Assembly (NCBI RefSeq): GCF_009914755.1
Contig: NC_060944.1
Direction: 5' to 3' (one strand)
Origin: the human T2T-CHM13v2.0 reference genome, Homo sapiens
DNA length: 64,000 nucleotides
Below are positions 37,601 through 49,878 of this stretch, piece after piece. The notes below the pieces were generated by a model. That model was not told the origin of the DNA, made no database searches, and worked only from the letters and a program-made list of their open reading frames with translations. A program made the translations under genes and the position numbers. Position 1 is the first letter of the stretch, and each line of letters begins with the position of its first letter.

Positions 37601-40600
37601 AAACCACTTCAAATGTCCACTTCCAGATACTGCAAAGAGAGTGTTTCAAACCTTCTCTAAGAAAGGGCATGTTCTCCTCTGTGACTTCAATGCAAACATC
37701 AAAAAGAAGTTTCTGAGAATGCTTCTGTCTGGATTTTATCTGAAGACAATCCCGTTTCCAACGAAATCCTCAAAGATATGCAAATATGCTCCTGCAGATT
37801 CTACAAAAGGAGTGTTTCAAAACTGCTCTGTGAAAAGAAAGGTTCGACTCTGTTAGTAGAGGGCACACATCACAAACAAGTTGACGAGAATGCTTCTGTC
37901 TGGTTTTTATTGGAAGATATTTCCTTTTCCAACACAAGCCTGAATGCGCTCAAAATGGACACTTCCAGATATGACAAAAGGAGTGTTTCAAACCTGTTCT
38001 GTGAAAGGGAACGTTCCATTCTGTGACTTGAATGCAAACATCACCAAGTAGTTTCTCAGAACGCTGCTGTCTGCTTTTTATATGTATTCCCGTTTCCAAC
38101 GAAATCGTCAAAGCCAGCCAAATATCCACTTGCAGGTTCCACAGAAAGAGTGTTTCAAAACTGCTCTCTCAAAAGACACGTTCAACTCTGTCAGTTGAGG
38201 ACACACATCACAAAGAAGTTTCTGAGAATGCTTCTGTCAAGTTTTTATGGGAAGATATTTCCTTTTTCACCATAGGCCTCAAAGCGCTCTAAATGTCCAC
38301 TTCCAGGGAATGGAAAAAGAGTTTTTCCAACCTGCTCTATGAAAGCCAATGTTCAACTCCGTGACTTGAATGCAACCATCACAAGGAAGTTTCTGAGAAT
38401 GCTTCTGTATAGATTTTATATGAAGATATTCCCGTTTCCAACGAAATCCTCAAAGCTATACAAATATCCACTTGGACATTCTACAAAAAGAGTGTTTCAA
38501 AACTGCTCTATGAAAAGAAAGTTTCTACTCCGTCAGTTGAGGACAAACATCTCGAGTAAGTTTCTGAGAATGCTTCTGTCTAGTTTTTATGGGAAGATAT
38601 GTCCTTTTTCACCTTAGGCCGGAAAGCGCTCCAAAAGTCCAGTTACAGACACTACAAAAAGAGTGTTTCAAAACTGCTCTGTGAAAGGGAATGTTCAATT
38701 CTGTGACTTGAATGCAAACATCAAAAAGAAGTTGCTGAGAATGCTGCTGTCTGCTTTTTATGCCTTATCCCGTTTCCAAAGAAATCCTCAAATCTAGCCA
38801 AATATCCAATTGCAGACTCCACAAAAAGAATGTTTCAAAACTATACTCTCCAAAGAAATGTTCAAATCTGTTAGTTGAGGACACACATCAGAGACTAGCT
38901 TCTGAGAATGCTTCTGTCCAGTTGTTACGGGAAGATATTTCCTTTTTCAACATAGGCCTGAAACCGCTTCAAATGTCCACTTCCAGATACTGCAAAGAGA
39001 GTGTTTCAAACCTTCTCTACGAAAGGGCATGTTCTCCTCTGTGACGTCAATGCAAACATCCCAAAGAAGTTTCTGAGAATGCTTCTGTCTGGATTTTATC
39101 TGTAGACAATCCCGTTTCCAACGAAATCCTCAAAGCTTTGCAAATATGCTCCTGCAGATTCTACAAAAATAGTGTTTCAAAACTGCTCTATGAAAAGAAA
39201 GGTTCCACTCTGTTTTTAGAGGGCTCACATCACAAACAAGTTGCCGAGAATGCTTCTGTCTGGTTTTTATGGACGATATTTCCTTTTCCAACAAAAGCCT
39301 GAATGCCCTCCAAATGGACACTTCCAGATAAGACAAAAGGAGTGTTTCAAAGCTGTTCTATGAAAGGGAACGTTCCATTCTGTGACTTGAATGCAAACAT
39401 CACCAAGTAGTTTCTCAGAACGCTGCTGTCTACTTTTTATATGTTTTCCCGTTTCCAACGAAATCGTCAAAGCCAGCCAAATATCCACTTGCAGGTTCCA
39501 CAGAAAGAGTGTTTCAAAACTGCTCTCTCAAAAGACATGTTCAACTCTGTCAGTTGAGGACACACATCACAAATAAGTTTCTGAGAATGCTTCTGTCTAG
39601 TTTTTATGGGAAGATATTTCCTTTTTCACCATAGGCCTCAAAGCGCTCCACATGTCCACTTCCAGGGAATGGAAAAAGAGTGTTTCCAACCTGCTCTATG
39701 AAAGCGATTGTTCAACTCCGTGACTTGAATGCAACCATCACAAGGAAGTTTCTGAGAATGCTTCTGTCTAGATTTTATATGAAGATATTCCCGTTTCCAA
39801 CGAAATCCTCAAATCTATCCAAATATCCACTTGGAGATTCTGCAAAAAGAGTGTTTCAAAACTGCTCTATCAAAAGAAAGGTTCTACTCCGTCAGTTGAG
39901 GACACACATCACGACTAAGTTTCTGACAATGCTTCTGTCTAGTTTTTATGGGAAGATATGTCCTTTTTCACCTTAGGCCGGAAAGCGCTCCAAAAGTCCA
40001 GTTACAGACACTACAAAAAGATTGTTTCAAACCTGCTCTGTGAAAGGGAATGTTCAATTCTGTGACTTGAATGCAAACATCACAAAGAAGTTGCTGAGAA
40101 TGCTGCTGTCTGCTTTTTATACCTTATCCCGTTTCCAACGATATCCTCAAATCCAGCCAAATATCCACTTGCATACTACACAAAAAGAGTGTTTCAAAAC
40201 TGTACTGTCAAAAGAAATGTTCAACTCTGTTAGTTGAGGACACACATCAGAGACTAGCTTCTGAGAATGCTTCTGTCCAGTTGTTACGGGAAGATATTTC
40301 CTTTTTCAACATAGGCCTGAAACCGCTTCAAATGTCCACTTCCAGATACTGCAAAGAGAGTGTTTCAAACCTTCTCTACGAAAGGGCATGTTCTCCTCTG
40401 TGACTTCAATGCAAACATCCCAAAGAAGTTTCTGAGAATGCTTCTGTCTGGATTTTATCTGAAGACAATCCCGTTTCCAACGAAATCCTCAAAGATATGC
40501 AAATATGCTCCTGCAGAATCTACAAAAGGAGTGTTTCAAAACTGCTCTGTGAAAAGAAAGGTTCGACTCTGTTAGTAGAGGGCACACATCACAAACAAGT

Positions 40601-43600
40601 TGCCGAGAATGCTTCTGTCTGGTTTTTATGGGAAGATATTTCCTTTTCCAACACAAGCCTGAATGCGCTCCAAATGGACACTTCCAGATACGACAAAAGG
40701 AGTGTTTCAAACCTGTTCTGTGAAAGGGAACGTTCCATTCTGTGACTTTAATGCAAACATCACCAAGTAGTTTCTCAGAACGCTTCTGTCTGCTTTTTAT
40801 ATGTATTCCCGTTTCCAACGAAATCGTCAAAGCCAGCCAAATATCCACTTGCAGGTTCCACAGAAAGAGTGTTTCAAAACTGCTCTCTCAAAAGACACGT
40901 TCAACTCTGTCAGTTGAGGACACACATCACAAAGAAGTTTCTGAGAATGCTTCTGTCTAGTTTTTATGGGAAGATATTTCCTTTTTCACCATAGGCCTCA
41001 AAGCGCTCTAAATGTCCACTTCCAGGGAATGGAAAAAGAGTGTTTCCAACCTGCTCTATGAAAGCCAATGTTCAACTCCGTGACTTGAATGCAACCATCA
41101 CAAGGAAGTTTCTGGGAATGCTTCTGTCTAGATTTTATATGAAGATATTCCCGTTTCAAACGAAATCCTCAAAGCTATCCAAATATCCACTTAGAGATTC
41201 TACAAAAAGAGTGTTTCAAAACTGCTCTATCAAAAGAAAGGTTCTACTCCGTCAGTTGAGGACACACATCAAGAATAAGTTTCTGACAATGCTTCTGTCT
41301 AGTATTTATGGGAAGATATGTCCTTTTTCACCTTAGGCCGGAAAGCGCTCCAAAAGTCCAGTTACAGATACTACAAAAAGAGTGTTTCAAACCTGCTCTG
41401 TGAAAGGGAATGTTCAATTCTGTGACTTGAATGCAAACATCACAAAGAAATTGCTGAGAATGCTGCTGTCTGCTTTTTGTACCTTATCCCGTTTCCAACG
41501 AAATCCTCAAATCTAGCCAATTATCCACTTGCAGTCTCCACAAAAAGAGTGTTTCAAAACTGTACTGTCCAAAGAAATGTTCAACTCTGTTAGTTGAGGA
41601 CACACATCAGAGACTAGCTTCTGAGAATGCTTCTGTCCAGTTGTTACGGGAAGATATTTCCTTTTTCAACATAGGCCTCAAACCGCTTCAAATGTCCACT
41701 TCCAGATACTGCAAAGAGAGTGTTTCAAACCTTCTCTACGAAAGGGCATGTTCTCCTCTGTGACGTCAATGCAAACATCCCAAAGAAGTTTCTGAGAATG
41801 CTTCTGTCTGGATTTTATCTGAAGACAATCCCGTTTCCAACGAAATCCTCAAAGCTATGCAAATATGCTCCTGCAGATTCTACAAAAAGAGTGTTTCAAA
41901 ACTGCTCTAGGAAAAGAAAGGTTCGACTCTGTTAGTAGAGGGCACACATCACAAACAAGTTGCCGAGAATGCTTCTGTCTGGTTTTTATGGGAAGATATT
42001 TCCTTTTCCAACACAAGCCTGAATGCGCTCCAAATGGACACTTCCAGATACGACAAAAGGAGTGTTTCAAACCTGTTCTATGAAAGGGAACGTTCCATTC
42101 TGTGACTTGAATGCAAACATCACCAAGTAGTTTCTCAGAACGCTGCTGTCTGCATTTTATATGTATTCCCGTTTCCAACGAAATCGTCAAAGCCAGCCAA
42201 ATATCCACTTGCAGGTTCCACAGAAAGAGTGTTTCAAAACTGCTCTCTCAAAAGACATGTTCAAGTCTGTCAGTTGAGGACATACATCACAAAGAAGTTT
42301 CTGAGAATGTCTCTGTCTAGTTTTTATGGGAAGATATTTCCTTTTTCACCAGAGGCCTCAAAGCGCTCCAAATGTCCACTTCCAGGGAATGGAAAAAGAG
42401 TGTTTCCAACCTGCTGTATGAAAGCGAATGTTCAACTCCGTGACTTGAATGCAACCATCACAAGGAAGTTTCTGAGAATGCTTCTGTCTAGATTTTATAT
42501 GAAGATATTCCCGTTTCCAACGAAATCCTCAAAGGTATCCAAATATCCACTTGGAGATTCTACAAAAAGAGTGTTTCAAAACTGCTCTATCAAAAGAAAG
42601 GTTCTACTCCGTCAGCTGAGGACACACATCACGAATAAGTTTCTGACAATGCTTCTGTCTAGTTTTTACGGGAAGATATGTCCTTTTTCACCTTAGGCCG
42701 GAAAGCGCCCCAAAAGTCCAGTTACAGACACTATAAAAAGAGTGTTTCAAACCTGCTCTGTGAAAGGGAATGTTCAATTCTGTGACTTGAATGCAAACAT
42801 CACAAAGAAGTTGCTGAGAATGCTGCTGTCTGCTTTTTATACCTTATCCCGTTTCCAACGAAATCCTCAAATCTAGCCAAGTATCCACTTGCAGTCTCCA
42901 CAAAAAGAGTGTTTCAAAACTGTACTGTCCAAAGAAATGTTCAACTCTGTTAGTTGAGGACACACATCAGAGACTAGCTTCTGAGAATGCTTCTGTCCAG
43001 TTGTTACGGGAAGATATTTCCTTTTTCAACATAGGCGTGAAACCGCTTCAAATGTCCACTTCCAGATACTGCAAAGAGAGTGTTTCAAACCTTCTCTACG
43101 AAAGGGCATGTTCTCCTCTGTGACGTCAATGCAAACATCCCAAAGAAGTTTCTGAGAATGCTTCTGTCTGGATTTTATCTGAAGACAATCCCGTTTCCAA
43201 CGAAATCCTCAAAGCTATGCAAATATGCTCCTGCAGATTCTACAAAAAGAGTGTTTCAAAACTGCTCTATGAAAAGAAAGGTTTGACTCTGTTAGTAGAG
43301 GGCACACATCACAAACAAGTTGCCGAGAATGCTTCTGTCTGGTTTTTATGGGAAGATATTTCCTTTTCCAACACAAGCCTGAATGCGCTCCAAATGGACA
43401 CTTCCAGATACGACAAAAGGAGTGTTTCAAACCTGTTCTATGAAAGGGAACGTTCCATTCTGTGACTTGAATGCAAACATCACCAAGTAGTTTCTCAGAA
43501 CGCTGCTGTCTGATTTTATATGTATTCCCGTTTCCAACGAAATCGTCAAAGCCAGCCAAATATCCACTTGAAGGTTCCACAGAAAGAGTGTTTCAAAACT

Positions 43601-44438
43601 GCTCTCTCAAAAGACATGTTCAAGTCTGTCAGTTGAGGACATACATCACAAAGAAGTTTCTGAGAATACCTCTGTCTAGTTTTTATGGGAAGATATTTCC
43701 TTTTTCACCATAGGCCTCAAAGCGCTCCAAATGTCCACTTCCAGGGAATGGAAAAAGAGTGTTTCCAACCTGCTCTATGAAAGCGAATGTTCAACTCCGT
43801 GACTTCAATGCAACCATCACGAGGAAGTTTCTGAGAATGCTTCTGTCTAGATTTTATAAGAAGATATTCCCGTTTCCAAAGAAATCCTCAAAGCTATCCA
43901 AATATCCACTTGGAGATTCTACAAAAAGAGTGTTTCAAAACTGCTCTATCAAAAGAAATGTTCTACTCCGTCAGTTGAGGACACACATCACGAATAAGTT
44001 TCTGACAATCCTTCTGTCTAGTTTTTATGGGAAGATATGTCCTTTTTCACCTTAGGCCGGAAAGCGCCCCAAAAGTCCAGTTACAGACACTACAAAAAGA
44101 GTGTTTCAAACCTGCTCTGTGAAAGGGAATGTTCAATTCTGTGACTTGAATGCAAACATCACAAAGAAGTTGCTGAGAATGCTGCTGTCTGCTTTTTATA
44201 CCTTATCCCGTTTCCAACGAAATCCTCAAATCTAGCCAAGTATCCACTTGCAGTCTCCACAAAAAGAGTGTTTCAAAACTGTACTATCCAAAGAAATGTT
44301 CAACTCTGTTAGTTGAGGACACACATCAGAGACTAGCTTCTGAGAATGCTTCTGTCCAGTTGTTACGGGTAGATATTTCCTTTTTCAACATAGGCCTGAA
44401 ACCGCTTCAAATGTCCACTTCCAGATACTGCAAAGAGA

Positions 44439-47400
44439 GTGTTTCAAACCTTCTCGACGAAAGGGCATGTTCTCCTCTGTGACGTCAATGCAAACATCCC
44501 AAAGAAGTTTCTGAGACTGCTTCTGTCTGGATTTTATCTGAAGACAATCCCGTTTCCAACAAAATCCTCAAAGCTATGCAAATATGCTCCTGCAGATTCT
44601 ACAAAAAGAGTGTTTCAAAACTGCTCTAGGAAAAGAAAGGTTCGACTCTGTCAGTACAGGGCACACATCACAAACAAGTTGCCGAGAATGCTTCAGTCTG
44701 GTTTTTATGGGAAGATATTTCCTTTTCCAACACAAGCCTGAATGCGCTCCAAATGGACACTTCCAGATACGACAAAAGGAGTGTTTCAAACCTGTTCTAT
44801 GAAAGGGAACGTTCCATTCTGTGACTTGAATGCAAACATCACCAAGTAGTTTCTCAGAACGCTGTTGTCTGCTTTTTATATGTAATCCCGTTTCCAACGA
44901 AATCGTCAAAGCCAGCCAAATATCCACTTGCAGGTTCCACAGAAAGAGTGTTTCAAAACTGCTCTCTCAAAAGACACGTTCAACTCTGTCAGTTGAGGAC
45001 ACACATCACAAATTAGTTTCTGAGAATGCTTCTGTCTAGTTTTTATGTGAAGATATTTCCTTTTTCACCATAGGCCTCAAAGCGCTCCACATGTCCACTT
45101 CCAGGGAATGGAAAAAGAGTGTTTCCAACCTGCTCTATGAAAGCGAATGTTCAACTCCGTGACTTGAATGCAACCATCACGAGGAAGTTTCTGAGAATGC
45201 TTCTGTCTAGATTTTATAGGAAGTTATTCCTGTTTCCAACGAAATCCTCAAAGCTATCCAAATATCCACTTGGAGATTCTACAAAAAGAGTGTTTCAAAA
45301 CTGCTCTACCAAAAGAAAGGTTCTACTCCGTCAGTTGAGGACACACATCACGAATAAGTTTCTGACAATGCTTCTGTCTAGTTTTTATGGGAAGATATGT
45401 CCTTTTTCACCTTAGGCCGGAAAGCGCCACAAAAGTCCAGTTACAGACACTACAAAAAGAGTGTTTCAAACCTGCTCTGTGAAAGGGAATGTTCAATTCT
45501 GTGACTTGAATGCAAACATCACAAAGAAGTTGCTGAGAATGCTGCTGTCTGCTTTTGATACCTTATCCCGTTTCCAACGAAATCCTCAAATCTAGCCAAG
45601 TATCCACTTGCAGTCTCCACAAAAAGAGTGTTTCAAAACTGTACGGTCCAAAGAAATGTTCAACTCTGTTAGTTGAGGACACACATCAGAGACTAGCTTC
45701 TGAGAATGCTTCTGTCCAGTTGTTACGGGAAGATATTTCCTTTTTCAACATAGGCCTGAAACCGCTTCAAATGTCCACTTCCAGATCCTGCAAAGAGAGT
45801 GTTTCAAACCTTCTCGACGAAAGGGCATGTTCTCCTCTGTGACGTCAATGGAAACATCCCAAAGAAGTTTCTGAGAATGCTTCTGTCTGGATTTTATCTG
45901 AAGACAATCCCGTTTCCAACGAAATCCTCAAAGCTATGCAAATATGCTCCTGCAGATTCTACAAAAAGAGTGTTTCAAAACTGCTCTAGGAAAAGAAAGT
46001 TTCGACTCTGTCAGTAGAGGGCACACATCACAAACAAGTTGCCGAAAATGCTTCTGTCTGGTTTTTATGGGAAGATATTTCCTTTTCCAACACAAGCCTG
46101 AATGCGCTCCAAATGGACACTTCCAGATACGACAAAAGGAATGTTTCAAACCTGTTCTATGAAAGGGAACGTTCCATTCTGTGACTTGAATGCAAACATC
46201 ACCAAGTAGTTTCTCAGAACGCTGCTGTCTGCTTTTTATATGTATTCCCGTGTCCAACGAAATCGTCAAAGCCAGCCAAATATCCACTTGCAGGTTCCAC
46301 AGAAAGAGTGTTTCAAAACTGCTCTCTCAAAAGACATGTTCAACTCTGTCAGTTGAGGACACACATCACAAAGAAGTTTCTGAGAAAGCCTCTGTCTAGT
46401 TTTTATGGGAAGATATTTCCTTTTTCACCAGAGGCCTCAAAGCGCTCCAAATGTCCACTTCCAGGGAATGGAAAAAGAGTGTTTCCAACCTGCTCTATGA
46501 AAGCGAATGTTCAACTCCGTGACTTGAATGCAACCATCACAAGGAAGTTTCTGAGAATGCTTCTGTCTAGATTTTATATGAAGATATTCCCGTTTCCAAC
46601 GAAATCCTCAAAGCTATCCAAATATCCACTTGGAGATTCTACAAAAAGAGTGTTTCAAAACTGCTCTATCAAAAGAAAGGTTCTACTCCGTCAGCTGAGG
46701 ACACACATCACGAATAAGTTTCTGACAATGCTTCAGTCTAGTTTTTACGGGAAGATATGTCCTTTTTCACCTTAGGCCGGAAAGCGCCCCAAAAGTCCAG
46801 TTACAGACACTACAAAAAGAGTGTTTCAAACCTGCTCTGTGAAAGGGAATGTTCAATTCTGTGACTTGAATGCAAACATCACAAAGAAGTTGCTGAGAAT
46901 GCTGCTGTCTGCTTTTTATATCTTATCCCGTTTCCAACGAAATCCTCAAATCTAGCCAAGTATCCACTTGCAGTCTCCACAAAAAGAGTGTTTCAAAACT
47001 GTACTGTCCAAAGAAATGTTCAACTCTGTTAGTTGAGGACACACATCAGAGACTAGCTTCTGAGAATGCTTCTGTCCAGTTGTTACGGGAAGATATTTCC
47101 TTTTTCAACATAGGCGTGAAACCGCTTCAAATGTCCACTTCCAGATACTGCAAAGAGAGTGTTTCAAACCTTCTCGACGAAAGGGCATGTTCTCCTCTGT
47201 GACGTCAATGCAAACATCCCAAAGAAGTTTCTGAGACTGCTTCTGTCTGGATTTTATCTGAAGACAATCCCGTTTCCAACGAAATCCTCAAAGCTATGCA
47301 AATATGCTCCTGCAGATTCTACAAAAAGAGTGTTTCAAAACTGCTCTAGGAAAAGAAAGGTTCGACTCTGTCAGTACAGGGCACACATCACAAACAAGTT

Positions 47401-49878
47401 GCCGAGAATGCTTCTGTCTGGTTTTTATGGGAAGATATTTCCTTTTCCAACACAAGCCTGAATGCGCTCCAAATGGACACTTCCAGATACGACAAAAGGA
47501 GTGTTTCAAACCTGTTCTATGAAAGGGAACGTTCCATTCTGTGACTTGAATGCAAACATCACCAAGTAGTTTCTCAGAACGCTGTTGTCTGCTTTTTATA
47601 TGTAATCCCGTTTCCAACGAAATCGTCAAAGCCAGCCAAATATCCACTTGCAGGTTCCACAGAAAGAGTGTTTCAAAACTGCTCTCTCAAAAGACACGTT
47701 CAACTCTGTCAGTTGAGGACACACATCACAAATTAGTTTCTGAGAATGCTTCTGTCTAGTTTTTATGTGAAGATATTTCCTTTTTCACCATAGGCCTCAA
47801 AGCGCTCCACATGTCCACTTCCAGGGAATGGAAAAAGAGTGTTTCCAACCTGCTCTATGAAAGCGAATGTTCAACTCCGTGACTTGAATGCAACCATCAC
47901 GAGGAAGTTTCTGAGAATGCTTCTGTCTAGATTTTATAGGAAGTTATTCCTGTTTCCAACGAAATCCTCAAAGCTATCCAAATATCCACTTGGAAATTCT
48001 ACAAAAAGAGTGTTTCAAAACTGCTCTACCAAAAGAAAGGTTCTACTCCGTCAGTTGAGGACACACATCACGAATAAGTTTCTGACAATGCTTCTGTCTA
48101 GTTTTTATGGGAAGATATGTCCTTTTTCACCTTAGGCCGGAAATCGCCCCAAAAGTCCAGTTACAGACACTACAAAAAGAGTGTTTCAAACCTGCTCTGT
48201 GAAAGGGAATGTTCAATTCTGTGACTTGAATGCAAACATCACAAAGAAGTTGCTGAGAATGCTGCTGTCTGCTTTTGATACCTTATCCCGTTTCCAACGA
48301 AATCCTCAAATCTAGCCAAGTATCCACTTGCAGTCTCTACAAAAAGAGTGTTTCAAAACTGTACGGTCCAAAGAAATGTTCAACTCTGTTAGTTGAGGAC
48401 ACACATCAGAGACTAGCTTCTGAGAATGCTTCTGTCCAGTTGTTACGGGAAGATATTTCCTTTTTCAACATAGGCCTGAAACCGCTTCAAATGTCCACTT
48501 CCAGATCCTGCAAAGAGAGTGTTTCAAACCTTCTCGACGAAAGGGCATGTTCTCCTCTGTGACGTCAATGCAAACATCCCAAAGAAGTTTCTGAGAATGC
48601 TTCTGTCTGGATTTTATCTGAAGACAATCCCGTTTCCAACGAAATCCTCAAAGCTATGCAAATATGCTCCTGCAGATTCTACAAAAAGAGTGTTTCAAAA
48701 CTGCTCTAGGAAAAGAAAGTTTCGACTCTGTCAGTAGAGGGCACACATCACAAACAAGTTGCCGAAAATGCTTCTGTCTGGTTTTTATGGGAAGATATTT
48801 CCTTTTCCAACACAAGCCTGAATGCGCTCCAAATGGACACTTCCAGATACGACAAAAGGAATGTTTCAAACCTGTTCTATGAAAGGGAACGTTCCATTCT
48901 GTGACTTGAATGCAAACATCACCAAGTAGTTTCTCAGAACGCTGCTGTCTGCTTTTTATATGTATTCCCGTGTCCAACGAAATCGTCAAAGCCAGCCAAA
49001 TATCCACTTGCAGGTTCCACAGAAAGAGTGTTTCAAAACTGCTCTCTCAAAAGACATGTTCAACTCTGTCAGTTGAGGACACACATCACAAAGAAGTTTC
49101 TGAGAATGCCTCTGTCTAGTTTTTATGGGAAGATATTTCCTTTTTCACCAGAGGCCTCAAAGCGCTCCAAATGTCCACTTCCAGGGAATGGAAAAAGAGT
49201 GTTTCCAACCTGCTCTATGAAAGCGAATGTTCAACTCCGTGACTTGAATGCAACCATCACAAGGAAGTTTATGAGAATGCTTCTGTCTAGATTTTATATG
49301 AAGATATTCCCGTTTCCAACGAAATCCTCAAAGCTATCCAAATATCCACTTGGAGATTCTACAAAAAGAGTGTTTCAAAACTGCTCTATCAAAAGAAAGG
49401 TTCTACTCCGTCAGCTGAGGACACACATCACGAATAAGTTTCTGACAATGCTTCAGTCTAGTTTTTACGGGAAGATATGTCCTTTTTCACCTTAGGCCGG
49501 AAAGCGCCCCAAAAGTCCAGTTACAGACACTACAAAAAGAGTGTTTCAAACCTGCTCTGTGAAAGGGAATGTTCAATTCTGTGACTTGAATGCAAACATC
49601 ACAAAGAAGTTGCTGAGAATGCTGCTGTCTGCTTTTTATATCTTATCCCGTTTCCAACGAAATCCTCAAATCTAGCCAAGTATCCACTTGCAGTCTCCAC
49701 AAAAAGAGTGTTTCAAAACTGTACTGTCCAAAGAAATGTTCAACTCTATTAGTTGAGGACACACATCAGACACTAGCTTCTGAGAATGCTTCTGTCCAGT
49801 TGTTACGGGAAGATATTTCCTTTTTCAACATAGGCGTGAAACCGCTTCAAATGTCCACTTCCAGATACTGCAAAGAGA
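44439..49878 (-). repeat. Tandem duplication of a two-HOR (2720-bp, 16-mer) unit
   Basis: About 20 rare variants recur at +2720, e.g. ctgagactgc 44511/47231, tgtaatcccg 44881/47601, aattagtttc 45011/47731, aagttattcctg 45221/47941, gcttttgata 45551/48271, tcttatcccg 46921/49641. Confidence 0.9.
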
